IMG/VR virus record: IMGVR_UViG_3300025078_000015
Coordinates: 1-31,538 of that record
From: a virus
Lineage: Duplodnaviria > Caudoviricetes
Length of the DNA: 31,538 nt
Direction: 5' to 3' (one strand)
The notes below the pieces were generated by a model, which saw nothing but the letters and a program-made list of their open reading frames with translations, ran no database searches and had not been told where the DNA came from. Below are positions 1 through 7,989 of this stretch, in pieces. The position numbers and the translations under genes are program-made. How positions within the stretch are numbered: the first letter of the stretch is position 1; each line of letters begins with the position of its first letter.

Positions 1-22
1 TATCTAGCTTGTTAAAAGAATC

Positions 23-568
23 TCATAATTCATCTCCCCAACTATCCCAACCTTGAACCTTTTGCCTAGCAAATAATTCAATTCTAGGTAAATCTCCACA
101 TAGTTCTACAATTCTATCTCTTACACAATCAGGTTTTTGGCTATGTCCTCTACGATCAGCAACAACAAGTCTATGAACATTTGAACCTTTAACTCGACTT
201 ATTTTACCTTTAGTTGCTAAAATACAAATTTCATTATTGGCTCTAGTCCAATACCCTGTGCCAATAGCATATAAATTTTTAGATTTATCCTTGTTAGTTT
301 TTACCCAATGGAATCCTACTGTCTTGTAAGTGAATCCCCATTTTTCAACAATAGGTATTTGTTTATGTAATAATGGATCAGTACACCACATAAATAAAAC
401 GCAATTATCATCTGCTATTTCATTTACTGGAAGATTAACTATTTCTTTCATCGTCATAGTTTTATAATGTCGTTCAGGATTAGTTTGTGCTTTTGCATTA
501 TTATAATTTTGAAAATGCCAAGCTGGATCAGCATAGATAATCTTATACTTCTTTTTTGGCAATTCCAT
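23..568 (-). CDS. MT-A70 family DNA N6-adenine methyltransferase
   Basis: YKIIYADPAW (motif IV, DPPW-like), LFMWCT, WGFTYKT, GYWTRAN.E, HSQKPD, RIELFAR, GWDSWG: the canonical MT-A70 motif series. Confidence 0.92.
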   Translation of the reverse strand: MELPKKKYKIIYADPAWHFQNYNNAKAQTNPERHYKTMTMKEIVNLPVNEIADDNCVLFMWCTDPLLHKQIPIVEKWGFTYKTVGFHWVKTNKDKSKNLYAIGTGYWTRANNEICILATKGKISRVKGSNVHRLVVADRRGHSQKPDCVRDRIVELCGDLPRIELFARQKVQGWDSWGDEL

Positions 569-821
569 ATAACCTCTTTATAATAATTTTTAATATTTCT
601 TTTTCTGTTCCATGTCTTTGTTCAAACAGTAGTTTTTTATTGTGTATGCTAAATGGCCCTTGATGATGATTGTAGCATAATGGAATTACCATAAAATTTG
701 AATTTTTACGTCCTATACCAGTACCTATGGGCCTAATATGATGTAACTGTGGTTCAGCACCGCAGATATAACAGCCAAGTGCGGCTACACGCTTACAATG
801 TTCCTGTTCTTTTTTATTCAT
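543..821 (-). CDS. Ref-like / DUF968-type zinc-binding HNH nuclease
   Basis: RVAALGCYIC...LHHIR...VIPLCYNHH...SIH...FEQRHGTEKE pattern of Ref-like recombination-enhancement nucleases. Confidence 0.8.
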   Translation of the reverse strand: MNKKEQEHCKRVAALGCYICGAEPQLHHIRPIGTGIGRKNSNFMVIPLCYNHHQGPFSIHNKKLLFEQRHGTEKEILKIIIKRLYGIAKKEV

Positions 822-1008
822 ATTTTTTAAACACTAACCTCCATAACCAGGATCTCGTAATTGATACAACTGTAAAAATTAAAGCTATCCAAACGCTATC
901 AAGTATGCTCGGTCTTAAATCAAAGAGCGGAAAAATTGTTAATTGTATGATGATAGCCAGGACGAATCCTGAACCTACGTCTATCAAACTTTCAACTAAA
1001 CTCCGCAC
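814..1008 (-). CDS. Small two-TM membrane protein
   Basis: Two hydrophobic segments. Likely GTG start at 1008 preceded by GAGGG; the ORF track start is 1020. Confidence 0.7.
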   Translation of the reverse strand: MRSLVESLIDVGSGFVLAIIIQLTIFPLFDLRPSILDSVWIALIFTVVSITRSWLWRLVFKKYE

Positions 1009-1811
1009 ATTCCCTCGCACTCATTATTAAAAAGATTAAGCTGGTCATCTCCTTTGTTTAAATCAACTTCATCTATGGGTGTACAAGATTTATGAACAAA
1101 GTTTTCTATATTTTTATCTCTATTTTTATTTCTAATTTTTTTATCAAACTCAACAACCTCATTCCATTCTTTAGGATTGTTTTTTTTCATTAATTTAAAA
1201 TCTTTATCGTGATGAAATGGGCAATAAATACAAGCTGAACGTGGTGGTGTTTTGTCGTAATGTTTTTTAAACCAATTAATGCAATCTTGCCTACGCATAT
1301 TTAGATCAATAAGTGGATAGACATTTGTAATATATGGCATTCTATTAGGTTTCATTCTAAAAATTTCATCATAAGAAATGCCCATAAGCTGTTCAACAGT
1401 CGTATCTTTTTTATATCTTTCTCCTTTTTTTAATCCTAATAATCTTCTAATTTCTTGAATAATAGGTTGCACCTTAAATTGATTGGTGCATTGTCGCATT
1501 AATAACCCTTTTTTTCCTGTTATTTTATTTTTTAAAAAAAATGGGACACTAGGATAATTTTCAAGAAGTTTATTATTACTAGTATATGTGCCTATTAATA
1601 TTTGTTCAGTCAAACTACCTTTGGTAACCATATAAACTGGGTATGATAATTTCGTTTTAAGCCAATTAAGAAACTCCATTGTCTCCTTGCTCTCTGCTTG
1701 AGTGTCAGCAAAGATAGCGGCATCAACCATTGGTATTTCTTTCTTTTCAATCATTAAAGCCAGAGTTGATGATTGTACTCCAGCACCCAAACTTAATATT
1801 CTTAAATTCAT
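996..1811 (-). CDS. PAPS-reductase-like PP-loop protein with Cys clusters (possible Fe-S)
   Basis: ILSLGAGVQSS PP-loop, IFADT..E, RQCT..FK, YPLIDL, PPRSACIYCP, C-terminal CEGMCGV. Confidence 0.8.
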   Translation of the reverse strand: MNLRILSLGAGVQSSTLALMIEKKEIPMVDAAIFADTQAESKETMEFLNWLKTKLSYPVYMVTKGSLTEQILIGTYTSNNKLLENYPSVPFFLKNKITGKKGLLMRQCTNQFKVQPIIQEIRRLLGLKKGERYKKDTTVEQLMGISYDEIFRMKPNRMPYITNVYPLIDLNMRRQDCINWFKKHYDKTPPRSACIYCPFHHDKDFKLMKKNNPKEWNEVVEFDKKIRNKNRDKNIENFVHKSCTPIDEVDLNKGDDQLNLFNNECEGMCGV

Positions 1812-2092
1812 TGTTTAGGATTATATTTATTAATTAAATATCCAGTTTTATGTATAGGAATATGTAAAGCTATTCTTAATGGCTCTAATCTAAATATACT
1901 AATAGAATTAACTCCTTTTTCATATTTCTGTATCTGTTGGAATGTAACCCCAATCGCTACTCCTATATCTGTTTGTGTTTTTTTCATTTGTCTTCTTCGT
2001 CTTTTTATTTTTCTACCTAAAAATTTTCTTCGTTCAATATCTTCAGGTAACATATTAGTCGAACCGAATGGTCTTCCACCTTTTTTTATCAT
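1808..2092 (-). CDS. XRE-family HTH transcriptional regulator
   Basis: LGRKIKRRR..MKKTQTDIGVAIGVTFQQIQKYEKGVNSIS, the typical alphaproteobacterial XRE signature. Confidence 0.92.
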   Translation of the reverse strand: MIKKGGRPFGSTNMLPEDIERRKFLGRKIKRRRRQMKKTQTDIGVAIGVTFQQIQKYEKGVNSISIFRLEPLRIALHIPIHKTGYLINKYNPKQ

Positions 2093-2265
2093 TTGTTTTC
2101 CTTTCCTTTATATCTAGCAAAAGTTATTTTAATCTTCTCTGGCAACATTTTAAACAATCTCCGAAAGCACTCTTTACAATAGAAATGATCGTCCCACTCT
2201 GAATGACCACCACTACTAAACCAATATAATTTGTTTTGTGTTTTAAGACAGCGACAACACTCCAT
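2089..2265 (-). CDS. Small CxxC..CxxC zinc-finger protein (58 aa)
   Basis: MECCRCLK...FYCKEC. ATG at 2265 lies just past the stop of 2276..2605; the longer 198-aa track ORF overlaps that gene. Confidence 0.65.
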   Translation of the reverse strand: MECCRCLKTQNKLYWFSSGGHSEWDDHFYCKECFRRLFKMLPEKIKITFARYKGKENK

Positions 2266-2275
2266 ACTCACATAT

Positions 2276-2605
2276 TTAGCTTTGACCATAATACCTACTG
2301 AACACCCTATCGAGCAAAGCTGATAGTAGTGTTGACCTTTCTTCTGACGAATCTTTGAAATACTTCTTGGCATTTTCTTTAAGTTCAAGGACATTATCAG
2401 GTTCCATATTAGCGAAACTGCACACTTGTTCATAGTCGTTATGATCATTGAACCAGCTTTCAGCTTCGTAAATAATTCGGTGCCGAGTTGCCAAGCGGTT
2501 GTTAAATTTACTGTCTTCAAAAATACCACAGCAATCAAGTATGGCTCTTTTAAGGACTGCTCTCCATAATTTAACTGTTGGTGGTGTTTCTGTATTGTGT
2601 AACAA
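2276..2605 (-). CDS. Hypothetical phage protein
   Basis: LWRAVL.RA..D...EAESWF...DYEQVC.FA pattern recalled from small phage proteins; tiles with neighbours. Confidence 0.75.
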   Translation of the reverse strand: MLHNTETPPTVKLWRAVLKRAILDCCGIFEDSKFNNRLATRHRIIYEAESWFNDHNDYEQVCSFANMEPDNVLELKENAKKYFKDSSEERSTLLSALLDRVFSRYYGQS

Positions 2606-2608
2606 TTC

Positions 2609-2908
2609 TTAACCATTTTCTGCCTCCCTAAACAATTGTCCTTGTCTATTGTCTTCTTGTTTATATGGATTCCAAACAAAATCAATTAACCTATATTTTT
2701 TGCCATCAAATATACTGGTACATTCTGTTGAAAGTATTCTTTTCGCAACCAAATCTTCTACTGGAATAATCATAAACTGCTTGTTAAAAGTTATTCCTAA
2801 ACTTTCTTTTTTTCTTAATGCTTTTTTATAAGCATAATTTCTTACAGACACAACAGCTTTTTGAACCTTGTGATTGTACCAGACTTTTTTAACTTCGACT
2901 TTAATCAT
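2609..2908 (-). CDS. Hypothetical phage protein
   Basis: 99-aa ORF tiling the operon with short overlaps. Confidence 0.7.
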   Translation of the reverse strand: MIKVEVKKVWYNHKVQKAVVSVRNYAYKKALRKKESLGITFNKQFMIIPVEDLVAKRILSTECTSIFDGKKYRLIDFVWNPYKQEDNRQGQLFREAENG

Positions 2909-3170
2909 GTATGATGATTTTTCTTTTTGTTAATTTATAATCCGATTCTATTTCAACACAGGAATCAATATACCCTACTATTGTTGTATATTCTTCAGAA
3001 TCTAAATCTCCACCTTCTGATACTTCTGTTATGTTGAGTCTATAATATTTATAAGTATCATTTTCTTTATCATGTTTTAAAAGTTCGATATAAACTTTTT
3101 TATCAGAATAACCTCCTAGTAAATCAATGAGTTTTTTAATTAAATTATTTAAGATCATTAATATCCCCAA
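2901..3170 (-). CDS. Hypothetical protein
   Basis: ORF tiles the operon; start could be the ATG at 3158 coupled (TAATG) to the upstream stop. Confidence 0.65.
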   Translation of the reverse strand: MGILMILNNLIKKLIDLLGGYSDKKVYIELLKHDKENDTYKYYRLNITEVSEGGDLDSEEYTTIVGYIDSCVEIESDYKLTKRKIIIHD

Positions 3171-3910
3171 ATATCCTTTCTAGCTTTTATTTTATCTTCA
3201 TCTTTCCACATCCAATGATCAGGATTAGGCGTAATGAGTCTTTTAAAATCATCTTTAGTATTGGCTAAACTACAAAGATAATTCATATTCTCAATCGCTT
3301 GATGAATCAGTAATGGAATCTGAATATTGTCTTCATCAGTTAATTGATATTCCATTACATTTTCTGCCTTCTTTAAGACTTGAATATAGAACAGTTTGTT
3401 TTCCATATTTGTTGCTGTCTTATAAATATGCTGTGCAATCTTATGACCAATAGTAACTTTAAGTTGCTTACTTGTTTTTAAATCTACAATAAGATTTTTC
3501 TCAAATTCAAAATCAACATAACCTTTAATGTAGATTCCTTTATACATATACCCAATAGCTTTTTGATAGCTGATAATCTTACCAAATTTCTCAAAATGTT
3601 TAGGTAATATCTCAATCGCTTTTTTAATAAAATGATATTCTTTTTCATATTCTTCTTTAGGTATTTTCATATGCTCGCAAGTTTCAGTAAATAGATGTAT
3701 CTGATCTTTACTAATCATGTCTTTATCTTGGTGCTTACTTAAAATCTGATCCAATCCTTTTTCAATATGTGTTCCTCTTAAAGCGGCCGCACTACTCTTA
3801 AATGGATTCTTATAAATATAACTCACTACCCAACTTGCTGGATCACTAATAAATGTATTAATACTACTTGCTGATAAATGTTTAATTCCGAATTTCTTTA
3901 ATGCTTCCAT
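3158..3910 (-). CDS. PD-(D/E)XK (RecB/Cas4-like) exonuclease
   Basis: HLSASSI, ALRGTHIE, KGYVDF...IVDLKT, Q..IY motifs; GGAGG RBS and TAATG coupling. Confidence 0.85.
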   Translation of the reverse strand: MEALKKFGIKHLSASSINTFISDPASWVVSYIYKNPFKSSAAALRGTHIEKGLDQILSKHQDKDMISKDQIHLFTETCEHMKIPKEEYEKEYHFIKKAIEILPKHFEKFGKIISYQKAIGYMYKGIYIKGYVDFEFEKNLIVDLKTSKQLKVTIGHKIAQHIYKTATNMENKLFYIQVLKKAENVMEYQLTDEDNIQIPLLIHQAIENMNYLCSLANTKDDFKRLITPNPDHWMWKDEDKIKARKDIWGY

Positions 3911-4077
3911 TATAATCCTCCCTTTTCTCTTGCGTCTTTAATAAATTTTCTCAACATCTGTTCCTCTATTTTCTTCTTGGTTGCTTTAGATAAACCTATG
4001 CTATCTGTTTTAATTCCAGGCGATCTTTTACGACCGCCTAGAACTTTAGCTTGTTTTTTTTTACGAAAGAATATCAT
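3910..4077 (-). CDS. Small basic hypothetical protein
   Basis: MIFFRKKKQAKVLGGRK...; fills the gap between the SSB-like and exonuclease genes. Start uncertain (track gives 4119). Confidence 0.5.
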   Translation of the reverse strand: MIFFRKKKQAKVLGGRKRSPGIKTDSIGLSKATKKKIEEQMLRKFIKDAREKGGL

Positions 4078-4360
4078 CGTCAGGAATATTTTTAGATATA
4101 GCTGGTTTAGGCATATCAACTACGTTCTGCTTAACCGCTAAATCTTCAAAATTACCTTTGAAATAAACCATATTATCTTTTGATCTATTCTTCCATAAAG
4201 TGATACTAAACAGATTTAATGCTTTGTCTGTTATATATCCAACAAGCGATGGTTTATTGTCATCTTTTTGCTTATTCTTATTTACATATAAGATAACACT
4301 ACTAGGTTTTTTTGGCCCACTCTTTTGAGCATTACCTTTAATGTCAAAATTATCTGCCAT
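4061..4360 (-). CDS. Putative single-stranded DNA-binding protein
   Basis: Small beta-rich core (LYVNKNK...KP.LVG.I...SITLWKN...YFKG), acidic tail DDDILS, located between annealase and exonuclease; GGAGGTG RBS. Confidence 0.55.
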   Translation of the reverse strand: MADNFDIKGNAQKSGPKKPSSVILYVNKNKQKDDNKPSLVGYITDKALNLFSITLWKNRSKDNMVYFKGNFEDLAVKQNVVDMPKPAISKNIPDDDILS

Positions 4361-4866
4361 TACAACACCTCCTTGTCTATTTCTTTACTAATGTCAGATT
4401 CGATTGATTTATCAATTTCATCAGCAGTAGAAATATCATCTCCAAATGCTAATAAACTTTTAATACAACGTCCCCAAGCGGCAGTCTGACAACACTCTAC
4501 TGCTCTAGCACTTTGCATATTGCTTGATTTAGGATTCTTCCATCGTTCAGCTAAACCTGAAGATAAAAAACCTAAATGTCTATGAGATAAAGTCGCTTGA
4601 ATAACTACTCTATTTATATCATCGTGCTTTATCTCCGATGTAAGCATTACGTTATGACCAAATTTATTACGCAATACTCTTTTAAGTGTAGCAACTTTTA
4701 TATATCTTTTAAATTGCGTACTCTTTGGTGGAATTGCAGACCAAGATATACCTCGTTGTGTATCGTCTTTTAATATCTTATCCAATTCCCCCATCGCCTG
4801 TGCCATTTGTTGAATAAGTACATCGTTCAGGACTTTTTCATCTGCACTTATATTTATAGGATTCAT
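4360..4866 (-). CDS. Rad52/Sak-like single-strand annealing protein
   Basis: YIKVA...VVIQATL....SSGLAE...AVECCQTAAWGRC...ISTADEI resembles the Rad52/Sak fold motif (E.A.T.A.GRA...AS.EE). Confidence 0.7.
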   Translation of the reverse strand: MNPINISADEKVLNDVLIQQMAQAMGELDKILKDDTQRGISWSAIPPKSTQFKRYIKVATLKRVLRNKFGHNVMLTSEIKHDDINRVVIQATLSHRHLGFLSSGLAERWKNPKSSNMQSARAVECCQTAAWGRCIKSLLAFGDDISTADEIDKSIESDISKEIDKEVL

Positions 4867-4867
4867 A

Positions 4868-5113
4868 TTAATTCTGAATCGTATAAGTGTTTAAGACATT
4901 ATGACCACGACCATTAAGGCAACGTGATAATAATTCTCTGTCATACCAAGCGGCATAGAACGCATTAAATTCCTCTTTAATAAGTAATTTACAATGCTGT
5001 CTATCTTCCTGGTAATTGTTGGCATTTGTACTAGCTTTCAAATCAGCAACTGGTTTGTAACTGGCACAGCTTACCAATAAAAAAGATAATAAAATAATTA
5101 ACAGTTTATTCAT
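4868..5113 (-). CDS. Small lipoprotein
   Basis: MNKLLIILLSFLLVSC lipobox signal, RBS AAAGGAAAG before ATG 5113, Cys pair (QHC...SRCLNGRGH). The track extends the ORF to 5221. Confidence 0.8.
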   Translation of the reverse strand: MNKLLIILLSFLLVSCASYKPVADLKASTNANNYQEDRQHCKLLIKEEFNAFYAAWYDRELLSRCLNGRGHNVLNTYTIQN

Positions 5114-5129
5114 CTTACTTTCCTTTCTA

Positions 5130-5174
5130 GGTGCTAGAGTATTCGGAGAAAGATTGAGTGAGTACCCTAGCACC
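5130..5174 (-). promoter_or_regulatory. 15-bp RNA hairpin upstream of the lipoprotein RBS
   Basis: Minus strand GGTGCTAGGGTACTC-(ACTCAATCTTTCTCC)-GAATACTCTAGCACC, one G-U and one mismatch, no U-tract. Confidence 0.6.
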
Positions 5175-5214
5175 ATTTGTTTAAAAACTCTCACTAATCC
5201 TATTCTGTCTAATG

Positions 5215-5511
5215 TCAGCATAGACGAGAATCCTTTAATTCTTTGTTATTAATTATAGTTTTAGTTATCAATATTATTGTTGTTGCTAGTTTTTTTCTTT
5301 TTTCTAAAAGTTTAAAGTATTCAAAAGTATCAGGATAACTAGAATTTTTAAATCCCCTTTTATACATTCTCTTACTAGAGTTAGCTAAATGTAAAAAAGC
5401 TAAACAAACTTTAAGTTTTGTTTTTTTTATTCTTCTCTTTGAAAGTTCTTCGTTTAAATTATTTAATATTCTTTTATTAAATCCAGCAGAAACATTACTA
5501 CTCCAAGTCAT
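5215..5511 (-). CDS. Basic hypothetical protein
   Basis: AAGGAG RBS, ATGA overlap with the upstream gene. Confidence 0.7.
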   Translation of the reverse strand: MTWSSNVSAGFNKRILNNLNEELSKRRIKKTKLKVCLAFLHLANSSKRMYKRGFKNSSYPDTFEYFKLLEKRKKLATTIILITKTIINNKELKDSRLC

Positions 5512-6293
5512 TGAATCTCCTTGTTTAAATATCCTACTAAACCAACTGCATTTATTTTAGTTAGTTTTTTCCAAAACGAATAACCATCAAAATTACCATC
5601 TTCTATATCTTCTGGTAAATTTGCATCTTCAGGTCTAGCAATAATACTACCTCTTTCTCCATATTCATTTGAGAGATAGTCTAGTTCGCTTACTTTAGCT
5701 TTAATAGAAACAACTTGATTAATTTCTCCAAGCTGTAATGGAGTATATGTTAAAACCACATTACCATTTACATCAAATTTGTATAAATTTGTTTTACCAT
5801 TATAACCATTAACTTCTTTTTTAAATATAATTTTACCTTTAAATGTAACTATTTCTTTTAACTTACCGATCCATTGTGAATTTTTATAAGAATTATATTC
5901 TCTATCTGTTAGATTTTTTCTCCAACCATAACCAAATATTAAAGAATTATCTCCTATGCTAGTTGAAACAACTTGTTCAGAGTGCCAAGATTTAGAGCAT
6001 AAAGGAAAATCTTTAATTGAATAAAAAACTTTATCAAACTGACCTAAAACATAACCTTGTGGTAAAGCGTATCTTTGTAATGGTTCAAAACCTGGTTTTG
6101 CTGTGGTAGCGTTCCATTTATCTCTAGTCCAAATATTAATAGGAACATCATAACCAACATAATTTTTAGCTTTTACTTTTGCTTCTTTTAAATCAGTTGA
6201 TAATTTTCTAATATATTCTTCTCCATCATTTAAAATATAAAAGATTCTGTCTGCACCTTTTGAGATATGATAGCCAGATGGTATATTAAACAT
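5508..6293 (-). CDS. Hypothetical protein with possible C-terminal OB-fold-like domain
   Basis: 261 aa; SQWIGKLKE..TF...IIFKKEVNGYNG..NLYKF...GNVV.TYT beta pattern. Fold assignment is inference. Confidence 0.7.
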   Translation of the reverse strand: MFNIPSGYHISKGADRIFYILNDGEEYIRKLSTDLKEAKVKAKNYVGYDVPINIWTRDKWNATTAKPGFEPLQRYALPQGYVLGQFDKVFYSIKDFPLCSKSWHSEQVVSTSIGDNSLIFGYGWRKNLTDREYNSYKNSQWIGKLKEIVTFKGKIIFKKEVNGYNGKTNLYKFDVNGNVVLTYTPLQLGEINQVVSIKAKVSELDYLSNEYGERGSIIARPEDANLPEDIEDGNFDGYSFWKKLTKINAVGLVGYLNKEIQ

Positions 6294-7387
6294 TACTTAC
6301 CTAACCTTTCTCTTGGTGTTGGTTGTAGCTTCCAATTCTTAATAGCTGTTTCAAATCTATTAATTTCATCTATTAAACCTTGTTTATAATCTGTCCAAAT
6401 TTTTACTAAAAGATTTAAAGTTATTTCAATAGAATGTTTTGGTAATTTAATTCCTGGAAATAATGGGTGCATACCAGAAAAACGTATAGTTGGAGTTCCT
6501 ATTCTTGATAATAGCTTATAAATATTTTTCATATTTTCTGGACAACTATCATCTGTAATATATTTATCAAAATATTTTTCTCCTGTATCTCTTTTTAATC
6601 TGTAATATTCATTTGTAAGAGAAATAGGTAAAAGATCATATTCTTTTTTAGCCAATTTAGAATCTTCTATATATGCTTTAATATTTTCAACAGTTTTGTT
6701 AGTTGGTTTTTCTTTTAACACTTCATCTAAAGTTGGTTGTAAAACTTGCTTAACATATTCTATTTTTACTTTAGGAGATTTTTCCCAACAATAAAATCTT
6801 GCACCAAAACAAACTCCATCTCTGCCATTTCCAAATCTAATAGTAAATCCATGATCTGCAATTACATTTTTAGATAGATTAAATTTTTGACGTTCGCCCT
6901 CCATATCAACTAATTCCCAATGTTGATTACAAATTCCACAAGTTGCTTTATTTTCTTCTGCCGCTTTTTTTAATCTTTCAGCTTCATAATCTTTTTCTAA
7001 ATCTTTAGGTCTTTTACCTGATCTAACTTTTTCTTTTAAAGATAATAATAAATCATAATCAGCTTTAAGATTAGGAAAATCTTTGTAAAGTTGTGTCATA
7101 CTTAAATCAGCAACAGTTTCTTTGTTTAAGTAAATTCTGTAACCACCTACTTTTTCAAAATAAGGATATAAAATATCAAATTTTTTATTAGTTTCAGATT
7201 CAGGTTGATCTTTTCTAAACCAATCGTTTTTCTTCTTACTTTGTTTTTTTAAAAGATTTTTAAAGAACTTTCTAAAACCAATAAACTCTTGATTAAAGAT
7301 ATGTTTGCTTTCAATAATGAAATTATAATTAACTAATTCTTCGTTAATTAAATCTTTAAGTTCAGCGTATGTGTAAGTTCTATTCAT
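6293..7387 (-). CDS. Hypothetical protein with putative C2-H-C zinc site
   Basis: 364 aa; ATCGIC...IADHGF...GVCFG. Confidence 0.75.
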   Translation of the reverse strand: MNRTYTYAELKDLINEELVNYNFIIESKHIFNQEFIGFRKFFKNLLKKQSKKKNDWFRKDQPESETNKKFDILYPYFEKVGGYRIYLNKETVADLSMTQLYKDFPNLKADYDLLLSLKEKVRSGKRPKDLEKDYEAERLKKAAEENKATCGICNQHWELVDMEGERQKFNLSKNVIADHGFTIRFGNGRDGVCFGARFYCWEKSPKVKIEYVKQVLQPTLDEVLKEKPTNKTVENIKAYIEDSKLAKKEYDLLPISLTNEYYRLKRDTGEKYFDKYITDDSCPENMKNIYKLLSRIGTPTIRFSGMHPLFPGIKLPKHSIEITLNLLVKIWTDYKQGLIDEINRFETAIKNWKLQPTPRERLGK

Positions 7388-7556
7388 CTTTACTTTCTTT
7401 TGCTCTTTTTAATTCTTCTTTTAAAATTGTAGATGGAACATATTTAAGCAAAATATTAAAAATTATATCAATACCTTGATGACTTTCGTTACAAGCACTT
7501 TGAATTTTTGTAGCTAGTATTCTTCTGTTTTTAGTTTCTGGTATTTCTTTAATCAT
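7380..7556 (-). CDS. Hypothetical protein, first gene of the early block
   Basis: Strong AAAGGAG RBS (7565-7571) before ATG 7556 (MIKEIP...). Confidence 0.7.
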   Translation of the reverse strand: MIKEIPETKNRRILATKIQSACNESHQGIDIIFNILLKYVPSTILKEELKRAKESKDE

Positions 7557-7592
7557 TACTGATTCTCCTTTTCTTTTTTTAAACATGCGATT

Positions 7593-7640
7593 AATGTACA
7601 ATATACAACTTAAAATACAAGAAGTTTTTTAGTTGTATTT
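7593..7640 (-). promoter_or_regulatory. Early sigma70-like promoter overlapped by an inverted repeat (candidate operator)
   Basis: Minus strand TTGTAT-N16-TACATT; ATACAACT (7603-7610) and AGTTGTAT (7631-7638) form an inverted repeat. Confidence 0.5.
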
Positions 7641-7691
7641 AAGCTATATTTATCGTTATTTTACGTGGTTTTTAGGTCTTTTTAGGTGGGT

Positions 7692-7716
7692 AGTCAGGTA
7701 TAGGAAACACCTGATT
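7692..7716 (-). terminator. Hairpin after the last late gene (possible terminator or processing site)
   Basis: TCAGGTGT-TTCCT-ATACCTGA stem on the minus strand; no clear U-tract. Confidence 0.3.
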
Positions 7717-7743
7717 CGTCAATTCTCGAGCGTCCTAGAGCGT

Positions 7744-7986
7744 CTAATGGGTTAATATTTTGCTAGGTTTACCTTTAAGAGTTTTTATCTGTTCTTCTAG
7801 CTTTTTGATCTCGCTGTTAGCTTGGTCAAAATCTTCTGTTGTATTTTCAAGTTTTTGTGTGGTTCTTTTTAATGCACTATCTTTCTCTTTTAATTTAGAT
7901 TGCATCTCATCAACTTCGTCTTTTAAAATACGAATCTGTTCTTTGTACTCATTAATGATTTCTCGATAGTCGGCTTTTTCTGCCAT
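7744..7986 (-). CDS. Coiled-coil hypothetical protein
   Basis: 80 aa, continuous heptad K/E/L pattern, no TM segment. Confidence 0.75.
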   Translation of the reverse strand: MAEKADYREIINEYKEQIRILKDEVDEMQSKLKEKDSALKRTTQKLENTTEDFDQANSEIKKLEEQIKTLKGKPSKILTH

Positions 7987-7989
7987 AGA

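Noticed and set aside
2089-2685. 198-aa ORF from the track
   Set aside because: Its 5' two thirds overlap the better 2276..2605 gene in another frame; only the 58-aa zinc-finger part from 2265 is credible.
3158-3910. Cas4 / CRISPR system
   Set aside because: No repeat-spacer array or other cas genes; the protein lacks the four-Cys Fe-S pattern and sits in a recombination context.
4054-4062. Second A9 run at the end of the SSB-like gene as a frameshift site
   Set aside because: The run begins inside the TAA stop codon itself, so slippage would not extend the upstream protein.
5113-5174. H-type pseudoknot riboswitch (SAM-V/preQ1-like)
   Set aside because: The RBS starts 1 nt after a 15-bp stem, too close to reach the loop, and no aptamer consensus was recognised; kept only as an alternative-fold idea.
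7584-7611. dif-like sequence CATGCGATTAA-TGTACA-ATATACAACTT (Xer-mediated integration)
   Set aside because: The XerD arm, normally the most conserved, matches TTATGTTAAAT at only 5 of 11 positions; better explained as a promoter.
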